The notes under the pieces: generated by a model | What the model was told of the DNA's origin: nothing | Seen by the model: the letters and a program-made list of their open reading frames with translations, nothing else | The model's database searches: none | Translations under genes and position numbers: made by a program | In this document: positions 39,030-52,100 of the stretch, one piece after another | How positions within the stretch are numbered: the first letter of the stretch is position 1 | Layout: each line of letters begins with the position of its first letter | From: Pecten maximus | Taxonomy: Eukaryota | Assembly: GCF_902652985.1 (NCBI RefSeq) | Contig: NC_047017.1 | Location: 10,974,001 to 11,038,000 of the forward strand | Direction: 5' to 3' | DNA: 64,000 nucleotides

Positions 39030-41027
39030 TCAAACAAGTTGATACACTGTGATATAGTTATACTTTGTAGAAGAAACATTAGTCAGTACAAGTTTGTCTC
39101 CACATACGGATATGGCTTCAGGACAAGCGATACCGTCCTTTGTCGTTAATAGTTCCCGGACGTTTGTTCCATCCCCGGACATCTGTATCACGTTGTTGGA
39201 ACTGTGGCCACAGACATACACGTTACCTTCCCTGTCGACGTCCACGCCATCAGCGTACTTCACAACACCAACTTTCAACGCACTGGAGTATGTGTTGTCT
39301 GAGGACAGTCTACCAACAACCACTCTGCCAGTGCGATTTGTGTAGTGAGCGGTAAAGAGTTTTCCATGATTTAAATCATATGACAATGCATATACTGTAC
39401 TAGAACTTTCATGTATCTGGCGTGTCATCGCTCGTGGACTGTCCTTAGTCACAGTGAACACATTGCGTCCTGAACTGACGACGAATTCGCCATTTCTGTA
39501 CGCTATACCGTAACATTCTATGTCGATATTTATTTCAGATGCCAGAATAAGTTTAGAGGGTGCGACTGTTACTAAACAGATACGTCTGGGACCGCTGTAC
39601 ATAGCGACCGCCACGGTGGTGTTGTCAACCATACACATGTCATAGGGACTTCCGTTCACCTTCAACTCGTCCACAACATTTCCTTCTGTGTCGATTAGCT
39701 TGATTTTATTGTTTCCGTCATCTCCCACCACAATTCGTCCATCTGGTAGGTAAACAACTCCACGGGAAGAACAATCGTACTCATCGGATGGACATTTAAT
39801 GTAAATCTTTTTTAACTCCTTGACATCACGCTCAGATAAAGGTTTAGCGAAAGCATTTGTATCAGCTGGAATATGTTGTAGCTGCTTTCGGACAATGATT
39901 TTTCCAAAACTCAAAGCTGGGCTTTGGCTTGTCATGTGGAGATCAGCTTCATGCTCAATACTGATGGATGAAAGTGATGTCTGTACCTCTCTCAGTAAAT
40001 CCCTACACGACTCGACCTCCGCCTGACCTCGTTGGTACAACAGGATCATGTCCATGTGGTCATTCCTCTGTTGGGCTGTAGTGGACGACTCTAGTGTATT
40101 CTGTATAGCGACCTTCAGTCGTTCACACTTCTGACTGGACACCTTCAGTTTTTCTCTCTCCTCTATATACTTAGCTATCAAGTCATCTGTGATTTCCTTT
40201 TTCATCTCTTCAATACGATTAATGATCTGTTCCTGTAGGTTGTCAATGTTTTTCATTGCTGTGTCTTTGCCGTCTGCAATAGTTTGGAGTTGTATGTGGA
40301 AGTCCTTTACCAGTGACTCCATTTCCTTTTCCCCTTTTTGTAGTGATTTCCTCATCTCTAGCCAGTGACCACTGGTCAGTTTCTCACAGTATTCTTCTGT
40401 CGTGGCCACAGCGTCACATTTCCTGTGGCCAACTGTTATACATTTACAACAGCCGATGGATTTGTGGTCCTCACAGTAGTAATCCATCTTTTCCTTGTGT
40501 TTGTTACAAATCTTGTCTGATGTTGACTGGCTCAGAAGGAAACTCTTCGTCTCTGTTATATCTACAACATCACAGTTAATGTGAATCATATCGTGGAAAT
40601 CCACCTTACATGACTCACAGAATAAAGATTGAGTTGTTTTACACCAGAACTTTGCTGACGTCATCATGTTCCCTTTCCTCTGGCACGGCATACAGTAATG
40701 TGGTTCCGATGACCTGTTTTTCAACTCTATCATCTCGATGACAGCGATGTCGGTCGGAAAGTGCTTGGCCCAGTTCTCCATGTCTTCTGATTTGTTCAAA
40801 GGGTGGGTTAGTTTCCTACATACCGGACAGGTGAAGGACACCGCCGTATCACTTGTCCCCGACACCTCGCTGATGATGTAACTGGTCAAGCATTCCTGAC
40901 AAAGGGAATGGTGACATGGTAGACACTTCGGCTGCCGTAACTGTTCCAGACAAATGGGACAGTCGAGAAGATGTGAGTTCCCAGACGGATTGTCTGGAGG
41001 TGTCGGCTGAGGACCTCCTTCTGCCAT
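39030..41027 (-). CDS. Intact TRIM-NHL E3 ubiquitin ligase-like protein (TRIM2/3/56/71-type architecture), 665 aa, copy C
   Basis: Single ORF: C3HC4 RING, two B-boxes (CMPC..CESC; CNKH..YYCEDH..CCKC..H), coiled coil and NHL repeats (GVDVDREGNVYVC). Splice acceptor ~30 nt upstream of the ATG. Confidence 0.92.
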   Translation of the reverse strand: MAEGGPQPTPPDNPSGNSHLLDCPICLEQLRQPKCLPCHHSLCQECLTSYIISEVSGTSDTAVSFTCPVCRKLTHPLNKSEDMENWAKHFPTDIAVIEMIELKNRSSEPHYCMPCQRKGNMMTSAKFWCKTTQSLFCESCKVDFHDMIHINCDVVDITETKSFLLSQSTSDKICNKHKEKMDYYCEDHKSIGCCKCITVGHRKCDAVATTEEYCEKLTSGHWLEMRKSLQKGEKEMESLVKDFHIQLQTIADGKDTAMKNIDNLQEQIINRIEEMKKEITDDLIAKYIEEREKLKVSSQKCERLKVAIQNTLESSTTAQQRNDHMDMILLYQRGQAEVESCRDLLREVQTSLSSISIEHEADLHMTSQSPALSFGKIIVRKQLQHIPADTNAFAKPLSERDVKELKKIYIKCPSDEYDCSSRGVVYLPDGRIVVGDDGNNKIKLIDTEGNVVDELKVNGSPYDMCMVDNTTVAVAMYSGPRRICLVTVAPSKLILASEINIDIECYGIAYRNGEFVVSSGRNVFTVTKDSPRAMTRQIHESSSTVYALSYDLNHGKLFTAHYTNRTGRVVVGRLSSDNTYSSALKVGVVKYADGVDVDREGNVYVCGHSSNNVIQMSGDGTNVRELLTTKDGIACPEAISVCGDKLVLTNVSSTKYNYITVYQLV

Positions 41028-43126
41028 TACACTTGAACTCCAATCCTGGTCGTGTTCCTATAAAACATTGATAAAGTCTTTGAATTAAAAGTTGCGGTGC
41101 TATTTGTGGAGCTTCAGTGGGTGGCACGCGGTATACAGTGTACGTGGTCTACTGTCAGCTAGTTATCATTATGCTGATATACTGGTCATTTCTGTCATAA
41201 TAATATTTTATGAATAAACACATGTACATAACTTATAATCCCTCTTATCAATTGAATCTCAATTAAGTTATACAAGGTATATAACACTTTTGTATATGAA
41301 CATACATTTTATAGACATGTCGGTACATTCACTGCATGATGCGATATATATTTTGTAAATTTTATGATAAGGGTAAATTTTGATTTTGTTCATCATTATC
41401 TTTATTGAAAATGTGCGGTCATATGTATAATTCATCATTTATGTTTTACGGGAGACGAAGTACCATCAGTTTTCAACTTGTGTCCGTATGATCGCATTTT
41501 TATAGTTGCAAATTAAATATGTCTAAATCAGAATTAGAATTAAAACCACAGTATTGTGGGACGGAGCAATATATTCCTTTTATGTAACTTAATATCATGG
41601 TTGTAATGTATACCAAGTTTCAAAGAGATCGCAGGACAAACACTAGTGTAGACCGGACGGACCGACGGACGGACGGACCATCAAATAGAATAACCACCAA
41701 ATGAGGTGGGGTTTCCATCAATGATAATTTTCTATTGGGTCGGCCTAAATACAAGAGTACCAAGGGACGGAGCAATATACATTCCCAATGTGTATACTTC
41801 ATATCATAATTGTAATGAATTCCAACTTTCAAAGAGATCTCTCGAAAAATGTAGATCGCCGGACATACAAAAAGTACCCGGGGTCATTATTCAACGGTAG
41901 AAAAAAATACCCCCTAGGCCTCCAAATTAAAAGTTAATGAGTTCGATTCCCTCGGAGTGAAAATGTGTTTGTTAAAGTTTTACCTTATTAACTCTGATAA
42001 CTCAATATTCGCCCGGTCCTGCTGACTTGAGTGAGAATTTTCTCTCGTTAAGTTGGGACCGCACAACGTATGTATCATCATGTATGCACGATAGCAAAAA
42101 TGTGTGATCTGTATCCTGCAGAAGACTAGTGCACGGTGGGCGATTTAAATGGTGTATGTGTTTGTGTGTGTTTAAAATAATATGCGAAATTAGTTTTATT
42201 TATTAAGAAAACTATCAGTTAACTTTTTTTCGATGAAGAACTTCGTTGAATAAACTTACTGCAAACTCAACATATTTACGATATTCTTCCTAAAGAAAAA
42301 CTATACCGTACAAATTTGATCCGGTTTCCGGGTCATTTTTTAACAACCATGGGTAATTTTTCCTACGGCTGTCCGGGTAAAATTTCTCTACGTAGAATAA
42401 TGACCCCGGGTACTTTCCCCAGGGTCATTTTTAGCATTACACCGAACAGATATTCTATCAAATAGAATTTTCACCTTTAAAGGGATGTGAAAAGATAGAA
42501 ATGTTCTTCAATCGCTTTCATTTGCAAAGTTTTTAATGTCAATAAAGCGTTTAAAATTAGATAAAGTACAAGTTAGTATTCTTATTTATAAAGTAATACA
42601 CTTTCGTTTTCCATATATCTATCGTTGTTATATGACATCGCTATAACAATGTTCAACACTAAGTTAATTTGCACGTCTTTTCGCGGTAAGTAATATAGTA
42701 GCTAGTTACTTTGAATACTCAGTTTGAATTGAAAAGAAGTGGTACGTACGTCTTTTGATATATTGTCCTCGACGCTCTACAACAGGGGCATAGGGTCTAT
42801 AGTACTAGAAGTACCGCCTCCGCGAGGTCATGCTCATCTCGCGTGATACTGAAATTTAAAATTACGATCGGATTGCCGGGACGCGATATCCGCTTTGATA
42901 TTATTCTGATTTACCGTATTTACATCCGATGGGGCGGATGAAAAAAACAGAAAAAATAATAAATACAAATAAAATCGTACATCTATTACTTTTGTATTTC
43001 CCTTGAAGGTGAAAATAATCATTCTGAATTCGACAAGTTCACACTGTTGTAAATAAGATTTAAAATGAACGAGATTAGTCCTTATTAGACAATTTTGTTT
43101 TTACTTCAGGAAATGGTGCTGTGACC

Positions 43127-46100
43127 ATGAATGCTAGACACCCTGTAGCTGTCCTGGATGATATATACTACAGACCGGTCTCCTTAGGTAAACTTATTAC
43201 GTATTATTATATTAGTCAGCAACACGGCTGATTGTTCTTAATCCATTAATTTCATTATGTTTTACATGTCTACATTTTATCTTAATATTCTCTCAGCATA
43301 TTGAAATTTCCTCAATTTCAAATATTATCATATACATGACCTCTTGATAATGGCTTTTAAAATAATGAAACAATACTAAATTATGTAACCTCATAAGAGA
43401 TCAATAAGATTTAGCATATTAATATCACAACGATTTTTCCGGTCGTTGTAATATTTTTGTAGAATAGATATAAAATCCAAAGATGTTGAAATACGGTCCA
43501 AGATATCGTATGTATTAAACTAAACTTTCTAGGAGTCGGCAGGCGATTTACGGAATATCCGAAAATCGACCCGTGCAGTCCGAACTCTAGGTTCTAATTA
43601 ATTTTACAAAACCTTACACATAGTATTTAAGCTAGAGTTAATACAAATGATTAACAGGTGGCATTTTAGTACTCAGATGGTCACATTTCAGACAGGTGAG
43701 ATAATAAGCTTAATTGTCCTTTGTCCGAGGCTAGGTGTCATACCTGGCCAGACCAGTTAATTAACTCAATTAACATCAAAAGGTAAATGTACATACATAT
43801 TGCGCGGTTTAATCCGATAACAATGAGAAAAGGGGAATTATACATATCACTTTCAAAAGACAGACAGCTGGTTGAGATGTAATTAAATAATTTGTAAGTG
43901 TAACATTTTTACAAAGAGAAATTAGACGACGAAGAAAATCCAAAATTATGGAAAATGTAAAATGTCTAATAATGTTTATATTACAACAAATTTCATAAAA
44001 TTCACTATGAAATATCCCTCCGGCTCCTGTAAAGTCGCGTCCCGCGACTTGTTTAAAATCTATCTTAGCTGTCCACTACTGTATGTCTAAAGTTCGGCCG
44101 GAAGTTAACTGTTCGTTGCTCCAAAGATATGCGCGATCGTTGCTGTCGTGAATTGTTATTCTGTGTTTGACCATGATATCCACTAAGCTGATTTTGTAGG
44201 CTCAAAATCACCCGTTGTTTCTGTTTGACTTGCTTGTCCTTCTCCGAAATCCTCGATTTTAAATTTGATATCTGTCTACTTGTTTGTTCTTTTTCTTTGG
44301 CTGTTATGTGAAGGCTGTTTATTGTCTCGTCCTTGCTCTTCATTATTTTCTTTCTATTATCTAAAGCTTTTTCAAGTTCTTTTATTTGGGACACGTAATT
44401 GTTGATGGTGACACTTTTTAAACGAGTACATTCCTCTTCTAGAATTCTGTTTGTTTCTTCAAGCTTCGCGCACTTTACAGAAATAGTCGAAATTGTTGAC
44501 TTTGCACGTACAAGTTTTGATTGGAGATTGCTAATCTGATGTGTGAAGGAAGATTCTTTCGGAAATTCGTTGTCAAATTCATCGGCAGAAATATAATAAA
44601 ATGGTAAAACAGAAAGTACTTGTTTCGTGTCTCGGAATTTCCTGAGCCTTTCGGAATCTCGTCGCCGTTTAGAGGAAGATTTGTTCCTTTTCTGATGCGT
44701 TACCTGCACCTCAGACTCGCTGTCCGAAGATATGCGGACAGGAACAGGACGTCGATACGTTTGTGGACGCTGCCTGGTCCAAGAAAACGATCCTGTAACA
44801 CGATTTGTGCTGTATTGTCTGCTCCGTGCAAAACACATTCTTGAAAAATGTCCAACATTTCCACAAAGAAAACAGTAACATCCTTTTGCAGGACAGTGTA
44901 TCAGGTGGTTAGAGTTAAAGTTTCTACCACACCTATAACACGATGTCATCCTGACTTACTGTTAGACCGTTATTCTGGAAAGTTCCAAAATATGACGAAC
45001 ACAGTCTTGGTGTAGTTCCAGTTCCGTGTGATTCCGATGATCGGTTTCTTCTCTTGTTTGGGGGAATATCGCTTGGCAGTAGAGGTTCCAGGAATCTTGT
45101 ACGTAACTTGACTTATACAAATTAATGTGGCAAGTTACTCCGGTTTCTCGCACCAATTTATCACAACGATTTTTCCGGTCGTTGTAATATTTTTGTAGAA
45201 TAGATATAAAATCCAAAGATGTTGAAATACGGTCCAAGATATCGTATTTATTAAACTAAACTTTCTAGGAGTCGGCAGGCGATTTACGGAATATCCGAAA
45301 ATCGACCCGTGCAGTCCGAACTCTAGGTTCTAATTAATTTTACAAAACCTTACACATAGTATTTAAGCTAGAGTTAATACAAATGATTAACAGGTGGCAT
45401 TTTAGTACTCAGATGGTCACATTTCAGACAGGTGAGATAATGAGCTTAATTGTCCTTTGTCCGAGGCTAGGTGTCATACCTGGCCAGACCAGTTAATTAA
45501 CTCAATTAACATCAAAAGGTAAATGTACATACATATTGCGCGGTTTAATCCGATAACAATGAGAAAAGGGGAATTATACATATCACTTTCAAAAGACAGA
45601 CAGCTGGTTGAGATGTAATTGAATAATTTGTAAGTGTAACATTTTTACAAAGAGAAATTAGACGACGAAGAAAATCCAAAATTATGGATATTATTTACAT
45701 TGTCTATGCCTAATGGTTCTGTTGCCACCACCCCGACTCTCATTTGAGATTATTATTTAAGTCAATGTCGTCGATGAAGCAGAAGAAGCTCATTCTCGCG
45801 GAGCGCATGGTCTTATTGTCCAAATCCAAATTTTGTCTTTATTTTGTGCTCTTAAAATCGACTTTCAGCTTGACTAAAGGTTTCTTTTTATGTGGTATTC
45901 TTTGTTGTTTTTGGAACGTTCACATTCGATAACAGGTTTCACAATTGATCTCCTTAATGTAAATTAAAACCTATGTATTCATCAAATCATTCCATTGTAA
46001 AGTTGCATGTATATTTCAGTTGATGTGTTTGTGTGCAATGTTGCTGATAAGAAAAAGACCGCCAAGCTTATCCAGTAAGTAATGGATGTTTAAATTGACA

Positions 46101-49100
46101 TAAAGGGTAGTCTTATTTTTAGGAAAGTGTTTTTTGGACTGCTGCTAAAGCATTTTCATGTTCAAAATATTTCGGGTTGGTTGAGGATTGACGGTGCAGA
46201 CACATGTTAAGATCCTCTCCCAAACTTTTATCCTTCTAAGAAATCGAATAGACAGGGAACAAAAGTCTACAATATCTCACTGCATCTTTTAAGAGACAAT
46301 TAATTCTGTATCCCTGTAGAATGGCGGTGATCTTTTTACTTCAGTTTGGGGACATTGGAGACTCTAAGGATAAGGTCGGTCGTATCTTGCTGTAAGCGTC
46401 ATACTATGTGACTTAAAGATCCCATTGTAGAGCGGTCATAGTATGTGACAAAGTCGGATCCCACTGTAGGGCGGTCATAGTATGTGACCTAAAGTCGTAT
46501 CCCGCTGTAGGGCGGTCATAGTATGTGACTTAAAGTCGTATCCCCCTGTAGAGCGGTCATAGTATGTGACTTAAAGTCGGATCCCATTGTAGAGCGGTCA
46601 TAGTATGTTACAAAACATCCGGCTTATCAGATTTGTTTGTGTGTGGGGGTTGGAGGGGGATATTTCTGTATTGTTTCAAAATTATTTATTTCAGGTGCCT
46701 TAAAAAACAATTTTCACTACTTAATTTTTGTCATCTGAAGCGGGTACGAGCAGTGAAAGGTGAGTGTTTCGGTGTAAAGGGAGAAAGCGAAGACAGACTT
46801 AATCGAATATAACACTGTAATTAATTAATGCATTGGGGCCCGTATGACTTCTCGAGGATCAAAAACCAATTGTCGTAGTATTGATACATACCTGGTACAA
46901 AGAATTTTAAATCCTTGAAAAATGTCTTCTAGATGATAACTATTCCTAAAAATGACGACATTAATATGTGTTGAAGGTATGACTTCGTTTAATGTAAAAA
47001 AGGGGGAATTACCTTTTTAAAATTTTGATTTTATGAACATCAGATCAGAGAGAACGAGTTCCCAAAAAGAAAACTTCTGTCAGTGTTCCTCAGTAATAGT
47101 TATATAAGTACATACATACAAATGATTATTTTTAGATTCGCCCTTACAAGCTATCATTTGTGATGGGTCCTGTGACATTGACCAAGTCACAATGACCTTA
47201 TCTGAATCTCAGGATTTCTCGACCCTGTCAAAGCCTTTCAAGGTCAAGGTACCAACGTCGATGCCCTTGACCAGACAGCAGTACGAGGAATCCATTTTGT
47301 ACTGGCCTGTTAATTTTCATGAAGACAAAAGGTTTGTTTATCCACTGATTTCATTACAAACTTGTACAACAGAGTAAATATAGTTTGCACGTAAATATTG
47401 ACTCTCCAAACTGTAGTTTTGAAGTTATAGTGTTGATTTTAATATCTCTGTGTTGAAGTTAGGTTAACCTGAACAGGGACAGTGTTTTTATGAGATTTAC
47501 CTTAATGATGTGTTACACTATGTTTGGTGTTATAGAGACTTGAAATGCTTTGTTATAGCATCACCCAGGCTTTAACGAAGCAGTTCTTCAACACAGAGGA
47601 AGTTGACAGAATTTACTGTTATATGGAAGAAGCAATAGCGATGGCAAAAATTGGCGTTGAATCCAAACAGGTAGATTTTTCAAAGATTATACTCATGTCA
47701 GATGTGCATTTACTTACAGTATAGTAATTATATCCATCAATATTTATTTCCCTTTGTGTAATTGCTACAAATTTTGAGATCTAAAATGATTGAGTGCAAT
47801 GAAGCTGTAGTTGAATTAAATGAAAATGTGATACAAGACTTTATACACTGTAGATGATGAATTACAGAGTGTTTTTAGAGTCAACCAATATTGAATAAAA
47901 TGGGTAGTACGTTTTGGTGTTCTTTGTATTTCAGCTTCCTATAGGTGCAGTGGTAGTGGATCCCGTCCAGAATGAAGTGATCGCTAAAGGTTACGATCTT
48001 CGACATGGCTCTCATCCATTGCAGCATGCTACCATGGTGACCATTGACCTTGTGGCAAGGTCACAGGGTGGAGGGATGTGGCCCTTGGAAGGTATCTAAT
48101 TACTATGCACATTTGATTCTTAGTCAGGTTCACTGCCCAATGATGCCTTTCAACAGAGTTAAGACCATTTTAAAATAAAACATTCTCAACATAATTTTAG
48201 CACAACCAAATATGTCCTCTTGTATATCTCAGCAAGCAGTATGTTGAAGATGAGTGTCCTTTCCCACCAGACACAACGGCTCTGATGACGGTTTTTATCT
48301 CAATATCAAAGTTTGTTAACAGATCATCCTCCATCTCTATCACATTTACCAAACATTTCTAAATTGTGTAACATCAAGCTTGATCATTTTTCATTAAACT
48401 CAGTAATTATGACCTGTGTGTCTTCCTCAGGTTATACGTCAATGTACTACAGATCTCCTGACGATATTCTGAAGTCAACACCTGTCACATGTCTAGATAT
48501 CCAGTCAATACCCGGGACATGTCCAGATATCAAGTCACCTGTCACATGTCCAGATATCCAGTCAACACCCGTCGCACGTCCAGATATCAATAAAAAGGCC
48601 ATGAAATCTGGTCAATCAGCAGGCAGTGGCCATTGTTCTAAGACCTGTAGTGACCGCATTGGGAAAAAGACTGGTGAAGTGACAGAAAAGACTGGACCGT
48701 ACCTATGTACCGGTTACGACATCTATCTGACCAGGGAGCCATGTGTTATGTAAGTACAGGTAGATTTGTACCGGTTACGACATCTATCTGACCAGGGAGT
48801 CATGTGTTATGTAGTACAGGTAGATTTGTACCTATGTACCGGTTACGATATCTATCTGACCAGGGAGCCGCGTGTTATGTAAGTACAGGTAGATTTGTAC
48901 CTATGTACCGGTTACGACATCTATCTGACCAGAGAGCCGTGTGTTATATATGTACAGGTAGATTTGTACCTATGTACCGGTTACGAAATCTCTCTGACCA
49001 GGGAGCCATGTGTTATGTAAGTACAGGTAGATTTGTACCGGTTACGACATCTATCTGACCAGGGAGTCGTGTGTTATATAAGTACAGGTAGATTTGTACC

Positions 49101-52100
49101 TATGTACCGGTTACGATATCTATCTGACCAGGGAGCCGTGTGTTTTGTAAGTACAGGTAGATTTGTACCTATGTACCGGTTACGACATCTATCTGACCAG
49201 AGAGCCGTGTGTTATGTACGTACAGGTAGATTTGTACCTATGTACCGGTTACGATATCTATCTGACCAGGGAGCCGTGTGTTATGTAAGTACAGGTAGAT
49301 TTGTACCTATGTACCGGTTACGACAGATATCTGACCAGGGAGCCGTGTGTTTTGTAAGTACAGTAAGATTTGTACCTATGTACCGGTTCTGACATCTATC
49401 TGACCAGGGAGCCGTGTGTTATGTAAGTACAGGTAGAGTTGTATCTATTTACCGGTTACGACATCTATCTGACCAGGGAGCCATGTGTTATGTAAGTACA
49501 GGTAGATTTGTACCTATGTACCGGTAACGAAATCTATCTGACCAGGGAGCCATGTGTTATATAAGTATAGGTAGATTTGTACCTGTGTACCGGTTACGAC
49601 ATCTACATCTATCTGACCAGGGAGCCATGTGGTATGTAAGTACAGGTAGATTTGTACCGATGTACCGGTTACGATATCTATCTGACCAGGGAGCCGTGTG
49701 TTATGTAAGTACAGGTAGATTTGTACCTATGTACCGGTTACGATATCTATCTGACCAGGGAGCCGTGTGTTATGTAAGTACATGTAGATTTGTACATATG
49801 TTCCGGTTGCGACATCTATCTGACCAGGGAGCCGTGTGTTATGTAAGTACAGGTAGATTTGTACCTATGTACCGGTTACGACATCTATCTGACCAGGGAG
49901 CCATGTGTTATGTAAGTACAGGTAGATTTGTACCTATGTACCGGTTACTACATCTATCTGACCAGGGACCCGTGTGTTATGTAAGTACAGGTAGATTTGT
50001 ACCTATGTACCGGTTACGACATCTATCTGACCAGGGAGCCGTGTGTTATGTAAGTACAGGTAGATTTGTACCTATGTACCGGTTACTACATCTATCTGAC
50101 CAGGGAGCCATGTGTTATGTAAGTACAGGTAGATTTGTACATATGTACCGGTTACTACATCTATCTGACCAGGGACCCGTGTGTTATGTAAGTACAGGTA
50201 GATTTGTACCTATGTACCGGTTACGACATCTATCTGCCCAGGGAGTCGTGTGTTATGTAAGTACAGGTAGATTTGTACCTTTGTACCGGTTACGACATCT
50301 ATCTGACCAGGGAGCCGTGTGTTATGTAAGTACAGGTAGATTTGTACCTATGTACCGGTTACGACATCTATCTGACCAGGGAGCCGTGTGTTATGTAAGT
50401 ACAGGTAGATTTGTACCTATGTACCGGTTACTACATCTGTCTGACCAGGGAGCCATGTGTTATATAAGTACAGGTAGATTTGTACCTATGTACCGGTTAA
50501 GTCATCTATCTGACCAGGGAGCCGTGTGTTATGCAAGTACAGGTAGATTTGTACCTATGTACCGGTTACGATATCTATCTGACCAGGGAGCCGTGTGTTA
50601 TGTAAGTACAGGTAGATTTGTACCTGTGTACCGGTTACGACATCTACATCTATCTGAACAGGGAGCCATGTGTTATGTAAGTACAGGTAGATTTGTACCG
50701 ATGTACCGGTTACGATATCTATCTGACCAGGGAGCCGTGTGTTATGTAAGTACAGGTAGATTTGTACCTATGTACCGGTTACGATATATATCTGACCAGG
50801 GAGCCGTGTGTTATGTAAGTACAGGTAGATTTGTACATATGTACCGGTTACGATATCTATCTGACCAGGGAGCCGTGTGTTATGTAAGTACATGTAGATT
50901 TGTACCTATGTACCGGTTACGACATGTATCTGACCAGGGAGCCATGTGTTATGTAAGTACAGGTAGATTTGTACCTATGTACCGGTTACTACATCTATCT
51001 GACCAGGGACCCGTGTGTTATGTAAGTACAGGTAGATTTGTACCTATGTACCGGTTACGACATCTATCTGACCAGGGAGCCGTGTGTTATGTAAGTACAG
51101 GTAGATTTGTACCTATGTACCGGTTACTACATCTATCTGACCAGGGAGCCATGTGTTATGTAAGTACAGGTAGATTTGTACCTATGTACCGGTTACTACA
51201 TCTATCTGACCAGGGACCCGTGTGTTATGTAAGTACAGGTAGATTTGTACCTATGTACCGGTTACTACATCTATCTGACCAGGGAGTCGTGTGTTATGTA
51301 AGTACAGGTAGATTTGTACCTTTGTACCGGTTACGACATCTATCTGACCAGGGAGCCGTGTGTTATGTAAGTACAGGTAGATTTGTACCTATGTACCGGT
51401 TACGACATCTATCTGACCAGAGAGCCGTGTGTTATGTACGTACAGGTAGATTTGTACCTATGTACCGGTTACGATATCTATCTGACCAGGGAGCCGTGTG
51501 TTATGTAAGTACAGGTAGATTTGTACCTATGTACCGGTTACGACATCTATCTGACCAGGGAGCCGTGTGTTTTGTAAGTACAGTAAGATTTGTACCTATG
51601 TACCGGTTCTGACATCTATCTGACCAGGGAGCCGTGTGTTATGTAAGTACAGGTAGAGTTGTATCTATTTACCGGTTACGACATCTATCTGACCAGGGAG
51701 CCATGTGTTATGTAAGTACAGGTAGATTTGTACCTATGTACCGGTAACGAAATCTATCTGACCAGGGAGCCATGTGTTATATAAGTATAGGTAGATTTGT
51801 ACCTGTGTACCGGTTACGACATCTACATCTATCTGACCAGGGAGCCATGTGGTATGTAAGTACAGGTAGATTTGTACCGATGTACCGGTTACGATATCTA
51901 TCTGACCAGGGAGCCGTGTGTTATGTAAGTACAGGTAGATTTGTACCTATGTACCGGTTACGATATCTATCTGACCAGGGAGCCGTGTGTTATGTAAGTA
52001 CATGTAGATTTGTACATATGTTCCGGTTGCGACATCTATCTGACCAGGGAGCCGTGTGTTATGTAAGTACAGGTAGATTTGTACCTATGTACCGGTTACG

